Assembly: GCF_000737315.1 (NCBI RefSeq)
Contig: NZ_JMCB01000026.1
Coordinates: 48,882 to 112,881 of the forward strand
DNA length: 64,000 bases
Origin: Hyalangium minutum
GTDB lineage: Bacteria; Myxococcota; Myxococcia; Myxococcales; Myxococcaceae
Reading direction: 5' to 3'
Made by a program: the position numbers and the translations under genes. Every line of letters begins with the position of its first letter. Position 1 is the stretch's first letter. Shown piece by piece: positions 12,501 to 18,619 of the stretch. The notes below the pieces were generated by a model, which was not told the origin of the DNA, did not search any database, and worked only from the letters and a program-made list of their open reading frames with translations.

Positions 12501-15172
12501 TTGGCCGCAGGCCGGAACGACAGGCTGGTGCCCGTGTTGGTCACCGAGCCGTTGGCCGGCGTGGTCGTGGCGGTGATGGTCAGCGTCTCGCCCGTGTCCG
12601 GGGCCGTGGTGTCATTGGCCAGCACGTTGAAGGTCGTGGGGCCGCTGTCCTCAAGCACCGTATAGGTGTCCGCGTTGGCGACGGGCGGGTTGTTGCCCAC
12701 CGTCACCGTCACCGTGGCGGAGTCCGTGCCGCCGTGGCCGTCCGAGATCGTGTACGTGAACGTCGAGGTGCCCCGGAAGTTGGTCGTAGGCGTGAAGGTG
12801 ACGCCGCTCGGCGTGAAGGTCACCGTACCGCCCGTGGACGGCTGAGTGACCGCCGTGATGGTCAGCGTCTCGGGCGCGTCGGGCAGGTAGGTGTCGTTCG
12901 CGAGCACATCCAGCGCATTGGGGCCGGTGTTGGCGCCCACGCTGAAGGCATCGTTGACGGCATCCGGGTTGTCATTCACCGGCGTGACCGTGACCGTGAC
13001 CGTGGCCGTCGCCGTGCCGCCGTTGCCGTCGGAGATGGTGTACGTGAACGTCGTGGTGCCGAAGAAGTTGGCCGTCGGCGTGAAGCGCACCACTCCGCCG
13101 ATGAGCGTCACCGCGCCGCCCGTGGTGGGCTGAGTCACCGCCGTCACCGTCAGCGTCTCGCCCGTCTCGGGGCCCGAGTTGTCGTTGGCCAGCACGGGCA
13201 CCACCGTGGGGCCGCTGTCCTCAGCCACCGTGATGCTGTCCGCGTTGGCGACCGGCGGGTCATTCACCGCCGTCACGTTCACCGTCACCGTGGCCGTCGC
13301 CGTACCGCCGTTGCCGTCGGAGATCGTGTACGTGAACGTCGTGGTGCCGCTGTACTCGGCCGGCGGCGTGTACAGGACGTTCGTCCCCGTGACGGTCACC
13401 GTGCCGTTGGCCGGCTGAGTCACCGCCGTGATGGTCAGCGTCTCCGGACCATCCGGAGCGCTGGAGTCGTTGGCCAGCACATCCAGCGTGGTGGGCGTGT
13501 CCTCGAGCACCGCGAAGGTGTCGTTGGTGGCCGTGGGGTTGTCGTTCACCCCCGTCACCGTCACCGTCACCGTGGCCGTCGCCGTGCCGCCGTGTCCATC
13601 GGAGATGGTGTACGTGAACGTCGTGGTGCCGAAGAAGTTGGCCGTCGGCGTGAAGGTCACCACGCCCGAGGTAAAGGTCACCGTGCCGCCCGTGGGCTGC
13701 GTCACCGCGGTGATCGTCAGGCTCTCCCCGGTGTCCGGGGCCGTGCTGTCATTGGCCAGCACGAAGAAGGTCGTGGCCGCGCTGTCCTCCGCCACGGTGT
13801 ACGAGTCGTTGTTCGCCGTCGGCGGGTTGTTCGGCTGACCCACCACGCAGGTGACGGTGGCCGTGTCCGTGGCACCATCCGGATCCGAGATCGTGTACGT
13901 GAACGTCGTGGTGCCGCGGAAGCCAGGCGTCGGGGTGAAGCTCACGCCCGTAGCCGTGAAGGTCACCGTGCCGTTGGCCGGCTGAGTCACCGCCGTGACG
14001 GTCAGCGTCTCCACCGGGTCCGGCAGGTACGTGTCATTGGCCAGCACGTTGAGCGCGTAGTTCACCGAGTCGCCCGGCACCTGGAAGGTGTCATCCACCG
14101 CATCCGGCGGATCGTTCACCTGGGGCAGGACGCTGATCCGGATAATCTTGCTTGCTCCCTGAACACCATTCAGGCCGCTGTTGCCCAGGTCGACGACCGA
14201 GACGACCAAGCCCGCGGGCCCGTAATAGTTGGCCGAGGGGGTGAAGATCATCCCACTCAAGGCCGCATTGATGTTGGCCAGGGTCCCCTCGAACTGCATG
14301 GAGACATCCGCCGTACCGTCGCCCTGGATGAAGGTGAGGCCCGTCGTCTGGCTCAGGGTATAGTTACCACGCGGCGTCCCCTGGTGCGTCAGCGTCACCT
14401 GCAGCTTGCGGTTGAAGACGTCCGGATCCGCGATCGACACCCGGTTGCCATTGGCCGCCGAGAAAACGATGGGCGTATCCTCGGGTGCCGTCTGGACCGC
14501 CGTCGGCGAGGTGATGACCGGCGGGTCATTCACGCCGACGACTGTCTCCTCCGAGTCCGCGTTGTTACCCGGCGTGGGATCCGTCGTGGGAGAGGTGATG
14601 GTGGCGCTCGCCAGCAGCAGGAGGTTCTCCGCGCCCAGCGCGGGAATCGACACGGTGAAGCTCATCGGCGAGTTCACCGCCATCGGCGTGTAGTAGGTGC
14701 ATGTCCAGACCTTGCTCGCCGAGCTGGGGGCGCAGCCCCACCCCGGCGGCTGAGAGATAATGTTGGCCTGGAAGTCGGCGATCTGCGACGGCAGGGTGAT
14801 CACGACCTGGACGTTGGGTGCTGCCGGGTTGGGCCCCAGGTTCAGCACATCGACGATGTACTGGTAGCCCGACGTCGTGGCGATGGGATCCGCCGAGTCG
14901 CGGATGTCCACCTGCAGGTTCGCCATGTCGGCCAGCATCCACGACACGTTGCTGTCGGGCTCCAGCAGCCAGGCCTGCTCCAGCGCGTCGGCATGCGGGC
15001 CGACTCGCGGCTCGGCCGGTACGGAGGCCGTGGCCTCGACGGAGGCTGCAACTGAAGCCTCGGCGCTCACTGGATCGGGGCCACCGCACGCGGACAGCGC
15101 TCCCAGCAGGAGCAGCGGCGTCAGCAGAGAGGAAGTCACGGAGCGAAAGGAAGTCACAGAGGAACCCATCAT
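548..15172 (-). CDS. Giant surface adhesin (lipobox, DUF11-like, cadherin-like, about 40 Big_9/tandem-95 repeats, Asp-rich Ca-binding repeats, internal MYXO-CTERM) fused to a TraB-like OM beta-barrel/TSP3/OmpA protein
   Basis: 4874-aa ORF with G/C-biased third positions. Lipobox LSAC (Cys29). 40 hand-counted ~95-aa NDPPxAxDD...F-T-Y-T-I-S-D-G-N-G-G repeats. DTDGDG repeats. GGGC...hydrophobic...RRRR tag. Second signal peptide ending AHA. C-terminal OmpA motifs EGHTD, LSxxRA, GYGE, NRRV. Confidence 0.93.
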   Translation of the reverse strand: MMGSSVTSFRSVTSSLLTPLLLLGALSACGGPDPVSAEASVAASVEATASVPAEPRVGPHADALEQAWLLEPDSNVSWMLADMANLQVDIRDSADPIATTSGYQYIVDVLNLGPNPAAPNVQVVITLPSQIADFQANIISQPPGWGCAPSSASKVWTCTYYTPMAVNSPMSFTVSIPALGAENLLLLASATITSPTTDPTPGNNADSEETVVGVNDPPVITSPTAVQTAPEDTPIVFSAANGNRVSIADPDVFNRKLQVTLTHQGTPRGNYTLSQTTGLTFIQGDGTADVSMQFEGTLANINAALSGMIFTPSANYYGPAGLVVSVVDLGNSGLNGVQGASKIIRISVLPQVNDPPDAVDDTFQVPGDSVNYALNVLANDTYLPDPVETLTVTAVTQPANGTVTFTATGVSFTPTPGFRGTTTFTYTISDPDGATDTATVTCVVGQPNNPPTANNDSYTVAEDSAATTFFVLANDSTAPDTGESLTITAVTQPTGGTVTFTSGVVTFTPTANFFGTTTFTYTISDGHGGTATATVTVTVTGVNDNPTATNDTFAVLEDTPTTLDVLANDSSAPDGPETLTITAVTQPANGTVTVTGTNVLYTPPAEYSGTTTFTYTISDGNGGTATATVTVNVTAVNDPPVANADSITVAEDSGPTVVPVLANDNSGPETGETLTVTAVTQPTTGGAVTLIGGVVRFTPTANFFGTTTFTYTISDGNGGTATATVTVTVTPVNDNPDAVNDAFSVGANTGPNALDVLANDTYLPDAPETLTITAVTQPSTGGTVTFTPSGVTFTPTTNFRGTSTFTYTISDGHGGTDSATVTVTVGNNPPVANADTYTVLEDSGPTTFNVLANDTTAPDTGETLTITATTTPANGSVTNTGTSLSFRPAANFFGTTTFTYTISDGNGGTATATVTVTVTPVNDPPDAVNDSYSVARNSPPTVFDVLANDTFAPDLGESLTITTVTQPANGTVMFTAANVSFTPAANFVGTTSFTYTISDGNGGQDTAAVTVTVTPGNAPPDAVDDVFSVPEDSPVTTLDVLANDTTAPDIGETLSVTAVTQPATGGSVTFNASNVRFTPTANFNGTVTFTYTVTDGNGLFDTATVTVNVTSVNDPPDAVNDSFTVAESSGPTTFDVLANDTTAPDIGETLTVTSVTQPANGTVTLTGGVVSFTPATGFNGTMTFTYTVSDGNGGSDTAVVTVTVTPVNDPPTANDDSYAVLEDSSANAFSVLVNDSTAPDVGETLTITAVTQPANGTVTFNANTVFFTPAANFFGITTFTYTASDGNGGTDTATVTVTVDPVNDPPTANNDTLTVAEDSGATMVDVLANDSIAPDTGETLSVTAVTQPANGTVTLIGGVVRFMPAPNFNGTTTFTYTVRDSSGGTATATVTVTVTPVNDPPLATNDSFTVAEDSGATTFDVLANDTTNGDLGETLTITAVTQPANGTVTFTAGNVTFTPAPDYFGTTTFTYTISDGNGGTATATVTVTVTPVNEPPDAVNDSYTVLEDSGATTFDVLANDTFAPDVGETLTVTAVTQPANGSTTFSATGVRFTPAANFNGTTTFTYTITDGNGSYDTATVTVTVTPVNDPPTATDDTFTVAEDSTATAFNVLANDSIAPDTGETLTITSVTQPANGTVTFTASNVSFTPAANFNGTTSFTYRISDGNGGTATATVTVTVTPVNDPPDAVNDSYTVAEDSAATTFNVLANDTFAPDVGETLTITSVTQPAGGTVTHTASNVSFTPTANFNGTTTFTYTLSDGNGGSDTATVTVTVTPVNDPPTANNDSFTVGQNSGPTALNVLANDTAVPDTGETLTITTVTQPATGGSVSFTGSSVTFTPNNAFVGTTTFTYTISDGNGGTATATVTVIVNDENDPPDAVDDSFTVDEDSGPTVLDVLANDTFAPDVGETLSVTAVTQPANGTVTFTATGVTFTPGPNFNGVVTFSYTISDGRGGTDTASVTVNVTPVNDPPDAVDDSFTVGEDSASTVFNVLANDSTGPETTETLTITAVTQPTGGTVTMTQFNVSFTPAPNFNGTTTFTYTVSDGNGGTDTATVTVTVTPVNDPPDAVDDTFVVAESSPATPLDVLANDTTAPDTGETLSVTAVTQPVVGGTVTLAGGVVSFTPTPGFNGTSTFSYTVSDGTTTDTATVTVTVTPVNDPPTASDDTFTVPEDIVATTLDVLANDTTAPDVGETLTITAVTQPANGTVTLTGNVVEFTPTANFNGTTTFSYTVSDGTSTDTAQVLVTVTPVNDPPDANDDSFTVAEDSGSTVLNVLANDTIAPDTGETLTISSATQPAGGSVSFSGATLNFTPDANFNGTTSFTYRISDGNGGTDSATVTVTVTPSNDDPTASDDTFTVTEDSGATAMDVLFNDSSLPDDNETLTITAVTQPANGSVTFTATGVTFTPAANFFGTTSFTYSINDGNGGNDTATVTVNVTPVNDNPTANNDTSQVPADSGPTVINVLANDTIVPDVGETLTIIAVTQPANGTVSFTGANVTFTPSAGFVGVTTFTYRISDGNGGTATATVTVLVGSNNRPPVANDDSYTVAEDSGPSTFNVLANDTTAPDIGETLSVTAVTPPASGSVTFTATGVTFTPAANFNGTVSFTYTVSDGNGGTATATVTVTVTPVNDPPEANDDTFSVAEDSLPAVLSVLANDTLGPDTGETLTVTAVTQPATGGAVTLSGGVVRFTPAPNFNGTVMFTYTVSDGNGGTDTATVTVTVTPVNDPPDAVDDVLTVAEDSLATTVNVLANDTFAPDTGETLTVTAVTQPAVGGTAVANTTTSVSFTPAPNFNGTTTFTYTISDGNGGTDTATVTVTVTPVNDNPDARDDNFTVAVNSSARVLDVLFNDTIAPDTNETLTITAVTQPANGTVTFTATGVSFTPAAGFSGTTTFTYTISDGNGGTDTATVTVTVSGANRPPVANDDNYTVAEDSGATVLDVLANDTTAPDTGETLTITAVTQPATGGSVTFTSSNVSFTPAPNYNGTVTFSYAISDGNGGTDTAIVTVTVTAVPDCDAVDDTFTVAEDSGSTALNVTANDQCDTPVITAVTQPSSGTVTLSGGVVRFTPLSNFDGTVTFTYTLSDGGTASDTAVVTVTVTPVNDPPTANDDSFSTTEDYPLTVVNVLGNDTALPDTGETLTVTAVTQPANGTVTLSGGLVRFAPAPNFFGTTTFTYTISDGHGGTDSATVTMTVDPANDPPDAVNDSFMVAVDSSNTPLDVLLNDTYLPDAPETLTITQITQSANGSVTLIDGVVRFTPTPGYSGVTTFTYTLSDGNGGTDTATVTVSVFGTNNPPDAVEDSFTVDEDSGATTFDVLANDTFAPDTGETLTVTAVSQPAHGTVTLTGGVVSFTPAPNFNGTTTFTYTLSDGNNGTDSARVTVTVTPVNDNPDAVDDSFEVVVNSPPRVLDVLANDRIAPDVGETLTVTAVTQPANGTVTLTGGVVSFTPAAGFNGTTTFTYTISDGNGGTDTATVTVRVAGSNNPPTARDDSFTVSRNSPATVLNVLANDSTEPDVGETLTVTAVTQPATGGSVSLSGGLVRFQPTTGFAGTVSFSYTIEDGNGGTATATVTVVVTETNNPPDARNDTFSVAEDSTDNPLDVLANDTTTPDVGETLAVTAVTQPATGGSVTLTNTGTVLFTPTANFNGTTTFTYTVNDGNNGTDTATVTVTVTPVNDPPDAVNDSFSVAQDSGATVLDVLANDTFAPDVGETLTVTAVTQPAPSGTVTLSGGVVSFTPAAGFVGTTTFTYTLSDGNGGTDTATVAVRVGMAPNNPPDAVNDTFSVAEDSTDNVLDVLANDTAFPDAGETLTVTAVTQPATGGTVTLTGGVVTFTPTANFNGTVTFDYSISDGNGGNDTAAVAVTVTPVNDNPDAVDDVFNVAADSGATVLDVLANDTFAPDTGETLTVTAVTQPANGTVTLTGGVVSFTPAAGFSGITTFDYTISDGNGGTDTASVRVRVGLPPNNPPDAADDTFSVAEDSVDNVLAVLDNDTFAPDTGETLTVTSVTQPTSGGTVKLDNGVVTFTPTPNFNGDVTFTYTIDDGNGGTDTATVTVTVTPVNDDPVALDDMFTVPFNSTGNRLDVLANDSIAPDTGETLTVTAVTSSAPSGTVKVATDGSAVQFTPAEGFTGDVTFEYTISDGNGGTDTATVTVRVVQGNDTDGDGIPDEIENGTCTSPLDEDSDDDGLKDGDEDKNHDGHRDADETDPCNPDTDGGGATDGEEVEGKTNPLDDTDDFLFVGGGCASTGTSFVPLLLLLGLPLLRRRRAAVKASAAGAWGLLGVLAVFLTAPAHAQTTSSTASTKIDVQQFKPGPGAYDVLGLHSPKVNKHLGWNAGLSVNYATDPLSVLDPRKDAVVYKLVSSQLTVDVMAAIAFLDRFELGLAIPITSQSSESAPEGVPDFSEGAGKTGLGDLRLVPKANLFSAGGLSLGAALPLHLPTGGENFLGGGFSVRPKLLGEWNSSTGIRVLANVGMNLRSEQELRGLVVGNELTYGLGGEVPFQVSGRGLSVGATLVGAMGLGQKGSEEKPLELLATVKYRVTDSLAAHLGGGPGLSQGYGTPGIRVFAGLAYVAPTSRSEQPAPKVEAKPVPPPEVVADPNIKTKVEVIPPSKPVCALGPEDMDGFQDEDGCADPDNDNDGILDTADKCPNEPETLNGFQDEDGCPDVLPPADTDGDGITDDKDRCPQAAEDKDGFQDEDGCPDPDNDHDGVADADDKCPTEPETINGVKDEDGCPDKGKVKVLVAGEKVVILDKIFFLNNKNTILPKSFPLLRQVSQVLKANPQIELVRVEGHTDDKGEDGANLVLSRNRAEAVRDRLVLEGVEASRLEAVGYGEAKPIASNKTNKGREQNRRVDFTIVKVKPKVIEIEQP
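590..925 (-). other. OmpA-like C-terminal peptidoglycan-binding domain of the giant ORF
   Basis: IFF...VEGHTDDKG...LSRNRAEAV...GYGEAKPIASN...GREQNRRVDF. Boundaries approximate. Confidence 0.9.
2282..2356 (-). other. Internal second Sec-type signal peptide, (V/M)KASAAGAWGLLGVLAVFLTAPAHA|Q
   Basis: Basic residue, hydrophobic core, Pro, then A-H-A SPase I motif at 2290-2282. Begins at an in-frame GTG (2356). Confidence 0.75.
2363..2443 (-). other. Internal MYXO-CTERM sorting tag (GGGC-x-TM-RRRR)
   Basis: GGGCASTGTSFVPLLLLLGLPLLRRRR: Cys4247, hydrophobic helix, four Arg. Matches the MYXO-CTERM (TIGR03901) pattern as I recall it. Confidence 0.8.
2700..14130 (-). repeat. About 40 tandem ~285-bp intragenic repeats encoding Ig-like (Big_9/tandem-95) domains
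   Basis: Recurrent DNA blocks such as gtgtacgtgaacgtcgtggtgccgttgaag and gtcgttggccagcacg at ~285-bp period; 40 units counted in the translation. Confidence 0.95.
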
Positions 15173-15320
15173 GGTGGATGTTCCGGTGGGACTGGGCTGG
15201 GACCGCTCGGGAGCGGGCTCAGACTCCAGCCGTCGAGATGCAAGGGAAGACGTGAGACGTCGGTTTGAAGCGTCCTACCTGAAACGCAGCGCCAATGATT
15301 GTACCCGAGGAGTGTTGATC

Positions 15321-15355
15321 AAAAAAAAGAGGGAGTCCCTTTCGGGATCCCTCTT
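15321..15355 (-). terminator. Rho-independent terminator downstream of ftsA
   Basis: Minus strand AAGAGGGATCCC-GAAA-GGGACTCCCTCTT followed by a T run: 12-bp stem with one bulged C, GAAA tetraloop, U tail. Confidence 0.9.
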
Positions 15356-15387
15356 GGTGCTTTCCGGGTTTTGGGCGCGCAGCGTGG

Positions 15388-16620
15388 CTAGAAAATTTCC
15401 TCCAACCACTCGCGCATGCGGCCCTTCACCTTCTTGTACACGTTCTCCTCGCGAATCCGGAACATGCGGCGATCCAGGTTTCGCGCGCCGTAAACGACAA
15501 GGCCCACGCCCGTGGCGTACATGGGGCTCTTCACCACGTCCACCAGGCCGCCGATACCGCGAGGCATACCGCGCCGCACGGGCAGTCCGAGCACCTCTTC
15601 CGCGAGCTCAGGCATGCCGGCGAGCAGCGTGGAGCCACCCGTGATCACCACGCCCGAGGCGAGCAGGTCCTCGTAGCCGCACTTCTGAATTTCGCGATGG
15701 ACGAGCTGGAAGATCTCCTCCACGCGCGGCTCGAGGATCTCGCAGAGGATCTGCCGGCCGAGCACGCGAGGCTGGCGGCCGCCGACGCTCGGCACCTCGA
15801 TCGTCTCGTCCTTGTTGACCATGGAGGCAAGCGCGCAACCGAACTTCTGCTTGATGCGCTCGGCCTCGTGCGCCGGGGTGCGCAGGCCAATCGCAATGTC
15901 GCTCGTCAGGTTGTTGCCGCCCAGGGCGATGACGGCGGTGTGGACGATGGAGCCGCCGGAGAAGATGGCAATGTCCGTGGTGCCGCCGCCGATGTCCACC
16001 AGGCACACGCCCAGCTCCTTCTCATCCTCGCTGAGGACGGCCTCGGCGGAGGCCAGGGGCTGCAGGACGATGTCGGCCACGTTCAGGCCGGTGCGGTTGG
16101 CGCACTTGACGATGTTCTGCGCGCTGGAGACGGCGCCCGTGACGATGTGCACCTTGGCCTCCAGGCGCACGCCCGCCATGCCGAGCGGCTCCTTGATGCC
16201 GCCCTGGTCGTCGATGATGAACTCCTGCGGCAGCACGTGGATGACTTCCCGGTCCAGGGGGATGGCCACGGCCTTGGCGGCGTCGATGACGCGGGCGATG
16301 TCCGCCTCGCGGACCTCCTTGTCCTTCACCGCGACGATGCCCTGGGAGTTGAAGCCCTTGATGTGGCCCCCGGCGATGCCCGTGTAAACGTGGGAGATCT
16401 CCGCCCCCGCCATGAGCTCGGCCTCTTCCACCGCACGGCGGATGGAGGACACAGTCGCCTCGATGTTGACCACGACGCCCTTGCGCAACCCCTTGGAGGG
16501 GTGGGTGCCGATACCGATGATGTCGATCCCGCTGTCGGTGAGCTCACCGACGATCGCGCAGATCTTCGTCGTGCCGATGTCCAGCCCGACGATGATCTCC
16601 CCAGACTTCTGCTTCGCCAT
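15388..16620 (-). CDS. ftsA: Cell division protein FtsA
   Basis: VGLDIGTTKI, VDIGGGTT and ITGG actin-fold motifs; C-terminal amphipathic WLEEIF. Confidence 0.98.
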   Translation of the reverse strand: MAKQKSGEIIVGLDIGTTKICAIVGELTDSGIDIIGIGTHPSKGLRKGVVVNIEATVSSIRRAVEEAELMAGAEISHVYTGIAGGHIKGFNSQGIVAVKDKEVREADIARVIDAAKAVAIPLDREVIHVLPQEFIIDDQGGIKEPLGMAGVRLEAKVHIVTGAVSSAQNIVKCANRTGLNVADIVLQPLASAEAVLSEDEKELGVCLVDIGGGTTDIAIFSGGSIVHTAVIALGGNNLTSDIAIGLRTPAHEAERIKQKFGCALASMVNKDETIEVPSVGGRQPRVLGRQILCEILEPRVEEIFQLVHREIQKCGYEDLLASGVVITGGSTLLAGMPELAEEVLGLPVRRGMPRGIGGLVDVVKSPMYATGVGLVVYGARNLDRRMFRIREENVYKKVKGRMREWLEEIF

Positions 16621-16665
16621 GACAACTGCCTCCCCGGTGCCCCCACTCTCGTGAAAGGGCGTTCC

Positions 16666-17520
16666 CTACTGCGTCGAGGTCCCGTTCCTCTCGGAGACAG
16701 GACTCGAAAGCTTCACGGCCACCCAGCCGGGACGCGCCCGGTTCTCCAGGTGGATGACGTCGGCGGCCAGCCCCTTGGTGCTCAGCTCGCGCCGCACGCG
16801 CGTCAGCCTCGCCAGCTTGGCCTCGGTGTTCCCCTCGCCCATCAGCACCTCCTGCCCCGTCACCGTCACCAGCGTCAGCGACGTGCCGTTCACCCGGACT
16901 TCGGACAGCCGCTCGTGGCGGCCCGGCTTCAGATCGGCGTAGGCGTGCATCACCTCGATGGCCGCCTTCATGCGCTCGCGCGCGGCGGCGGGATCCTTCA
17001 CGTAAGCATCGCGCTCCACGCCCGTGACGAGCGGCAAGTCCAGCCCGTCCCCCGGCGTCACCCGCTTGAAGGGCTCGCCCTCCCCGTCCAGCACGTACAG
17101 GTCGCCCAGCACCACCAACGCCTCGGGCAGGTGCTCCACCACCTCCACGGAGACAGTGGCCGGGAAGTGCCGCGTCACCTCCACACCATGCACCCACGGG
17201 TGCTGGAGCATGGCCTTCTCCAGCGCGGCCACGTCCATGGCGAAGAGGTTCTGCCCCACCGCCAGGCCGGACAGCCGCACCAGCTCCGCGCGCGAGGCTC
17301 GGGTGAGCCCGGTGAAGTTCGCCTCCTGCAGCTGGAAGCGCGGCGAGGCCAGCGCCCAGGTGCGCAGCTCGATGCCGCCCCAGATGAGGCCCGCGGTGAT
17401 GACGGCGGCCAGCAGTCCCTTGGCCACGGACGGACCGTGATTCCGAACGGCGCCCTTCACCGCCTCCTTCTTCTGGGCGGTGTCGACGCGGCGACGGTTC
17501 TTGGACTTGCCGAAGGCCAT
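16666..17520 (-). CDS. ftsQ: Cell division protein FtsQ/DivIB
   Basis: Basic N-terminus, one TM helix, POTRA-like NLF...PWV...V.RHFP segment; lies upstream of ftsA. Start set at ATG 17520 (MAFGK). Confidence 0.92.
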   Translation of the reverse strand: MAFGKSKNRRRVDTAQKKEAVKGAVRNHGPSVAKGLLAAVITAGLIWGGIELRTWALASPRFQLQEANFTGLTRASRAELVRLSGLAVGQNLFAMDVAALEKAMLQHPWVHGVEVTRHFPATVSVEVVEHLPEALVVLGDLYVLDGEGEPFKRVTPGDGLDLPLVTGVERDAYVKDPAAARERMKAAIEVMHAYADLKPGRHERLSEVRVNGTSLTLVTVTGQEVLMGEGNTEAKLARLTRVRRELSTKGLAADVIHLENRARPGWVAVKLSSPVSERNGTSTQ

Positions 17521-17674
17521 GGAGAAAAAACAGGTCCGCATGCTGCGCCGGGTTGGATCGGCGCGCCAGTTTTTGGCTACAGGTATGTGGCTGTAGCGGC
17601 GACCTAGGGGAATTCCCGTAGGTTACCGCGAGGGTGCAGGAGGATACCGGAGCGCGCCGGAGGGCGGCGCAGGC

Positions 17675-18619
17675 TCAGGCCTTGAGTGACGCGCCGAGGA
17701 GGATCCGCTCACACAAGGTGGGGAAGTCGATGCCTCGGCCGTTGGCGATCTTCGGCAAGAGGCTCGTCTCGGTCATGCCCGGCAGCGTGTTGATTTCCAG
17801 CACGTAGACGTCTCCCGACTCGGTGGCAATGACGTCCGAGCGCGACGCGCCCTTGCAGCCGAGCGCCTTGTGGACGGCGAGGCACACCTCGTTCACGCGC
17901 GCATACTGATCTGCGGGCAGGGGCGCTGGGAAGAGGTACTGCGTACCACTGCCGGCCTTGTACTTGGCCTCCTGGTCGTAGAACTCGCGGGCCACCTTCA
18001 CTTCGATGACGCCGAGCGCCTCGTCATCCAGCACGGCGCCCTGCACCTCGCGGCCCTTGATGAACTGCTCCACCAGCAGGAAGCCGGCGTACTTGGAGGC
18101 GTCGTCCACGGCGGCCAGGTAGGCCTCCTTCGTCTTGCAGACGTGGACGCCGACGCTGCTGCCCTCGCGGCTGGGCTTCACGACGACGGGAAACGGGAAC
18201 GGCAGCGAGTCCACGGCGGCGCGGGCGGCGGTGGCCTCGGTGAACACCTTATAAGGAGGCGTGGGGATGCCGTGGGTGGTGAAGACCTGCTTGGCGTAGA
18301 CCTTCTCCATGCCCATGGCGGACGCGAGCACGCCGCTGCCGGTGTAGGGGATGAAGAGGGACTCGAGCAATCCCTGGACGCAGCCGTCCTCGCCGTAGCG
18401 GCCGTGGAGGGCAATCCAGGCCACCTCCACCTTCTCGGCCACGAGGCGCGCGGCGAGATCCTTGCCCACGTCGATGTCCACCACGTCATAGCCGAACGAG
18501 CGCAGCGCCTTGGACACGGCGGCCCCGGTGCGCAGGGACACATCGCGCTCGGCGGACAGGCCCCCCATGAGGACGGCGACGCGCTTGGACTTCAGCTCGG
18601 ACTTGGACAGAGCGCTCAC
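17675..18619 (-). CDS. ddl: D-alanine--D-alanine ligase
   Basis: GGLSAERDVSL, LHGRYGEDG, KPSREGSS and EINTLPGMT motifs; GTG start. Confidence 0.98.
   Translation of the reverse strand: MSALSKSELKSKRVAVLMGGLSAERDVSLRTGAAVSKALRSFGYDVVDIDVGKDLAARLVAEKVEVAWIALHGRYGEDGCVQGLLESLFIPYTGSGVLASAMGMEKVYAKQVFTTHGIPTPPYKVFTEATAARAAVDSLPFPFPVVVKPSREGSSVGVHVCKTKEAYLAAVDDASKYAGFLLVEQFIKGREVQGAVLDDEALGVIEVKVAREFYDQEAKYKAGSGTQYLFPAPLPADQYARVNEVCLAVHKALGCKGASRSDVIATESGDVYVLEINTLPGMTETSLLPKIANGRGIDFPTLCERILLGASLKA

Noticed and set aside
2700-14130. Regularly spaced DNA repeats resembling a CRISPR array or an assembly artefact
   Set aside because: Units are ~285 bp, in frame, divergent from one another and encode Ig-like domains; there is no repeat-spacer structure and no cas gene.
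2174-15055. Very long + strand ORFs (2174-7225, 8441-15055) and many medium ones over the adhesin
   Set aside because: Antisense shadows of a high-GC3 repetitive gene; translations are Arg/Gly/His-rich with no domain motifs.
15290-15325. Sigma70-like promoter (TTGATC...TACAAT) for the adhesin gene
   Set aside because: The spacer is only 13 nt, too short for a canonical promoter; the TACAAT alone is insufficient evidence.
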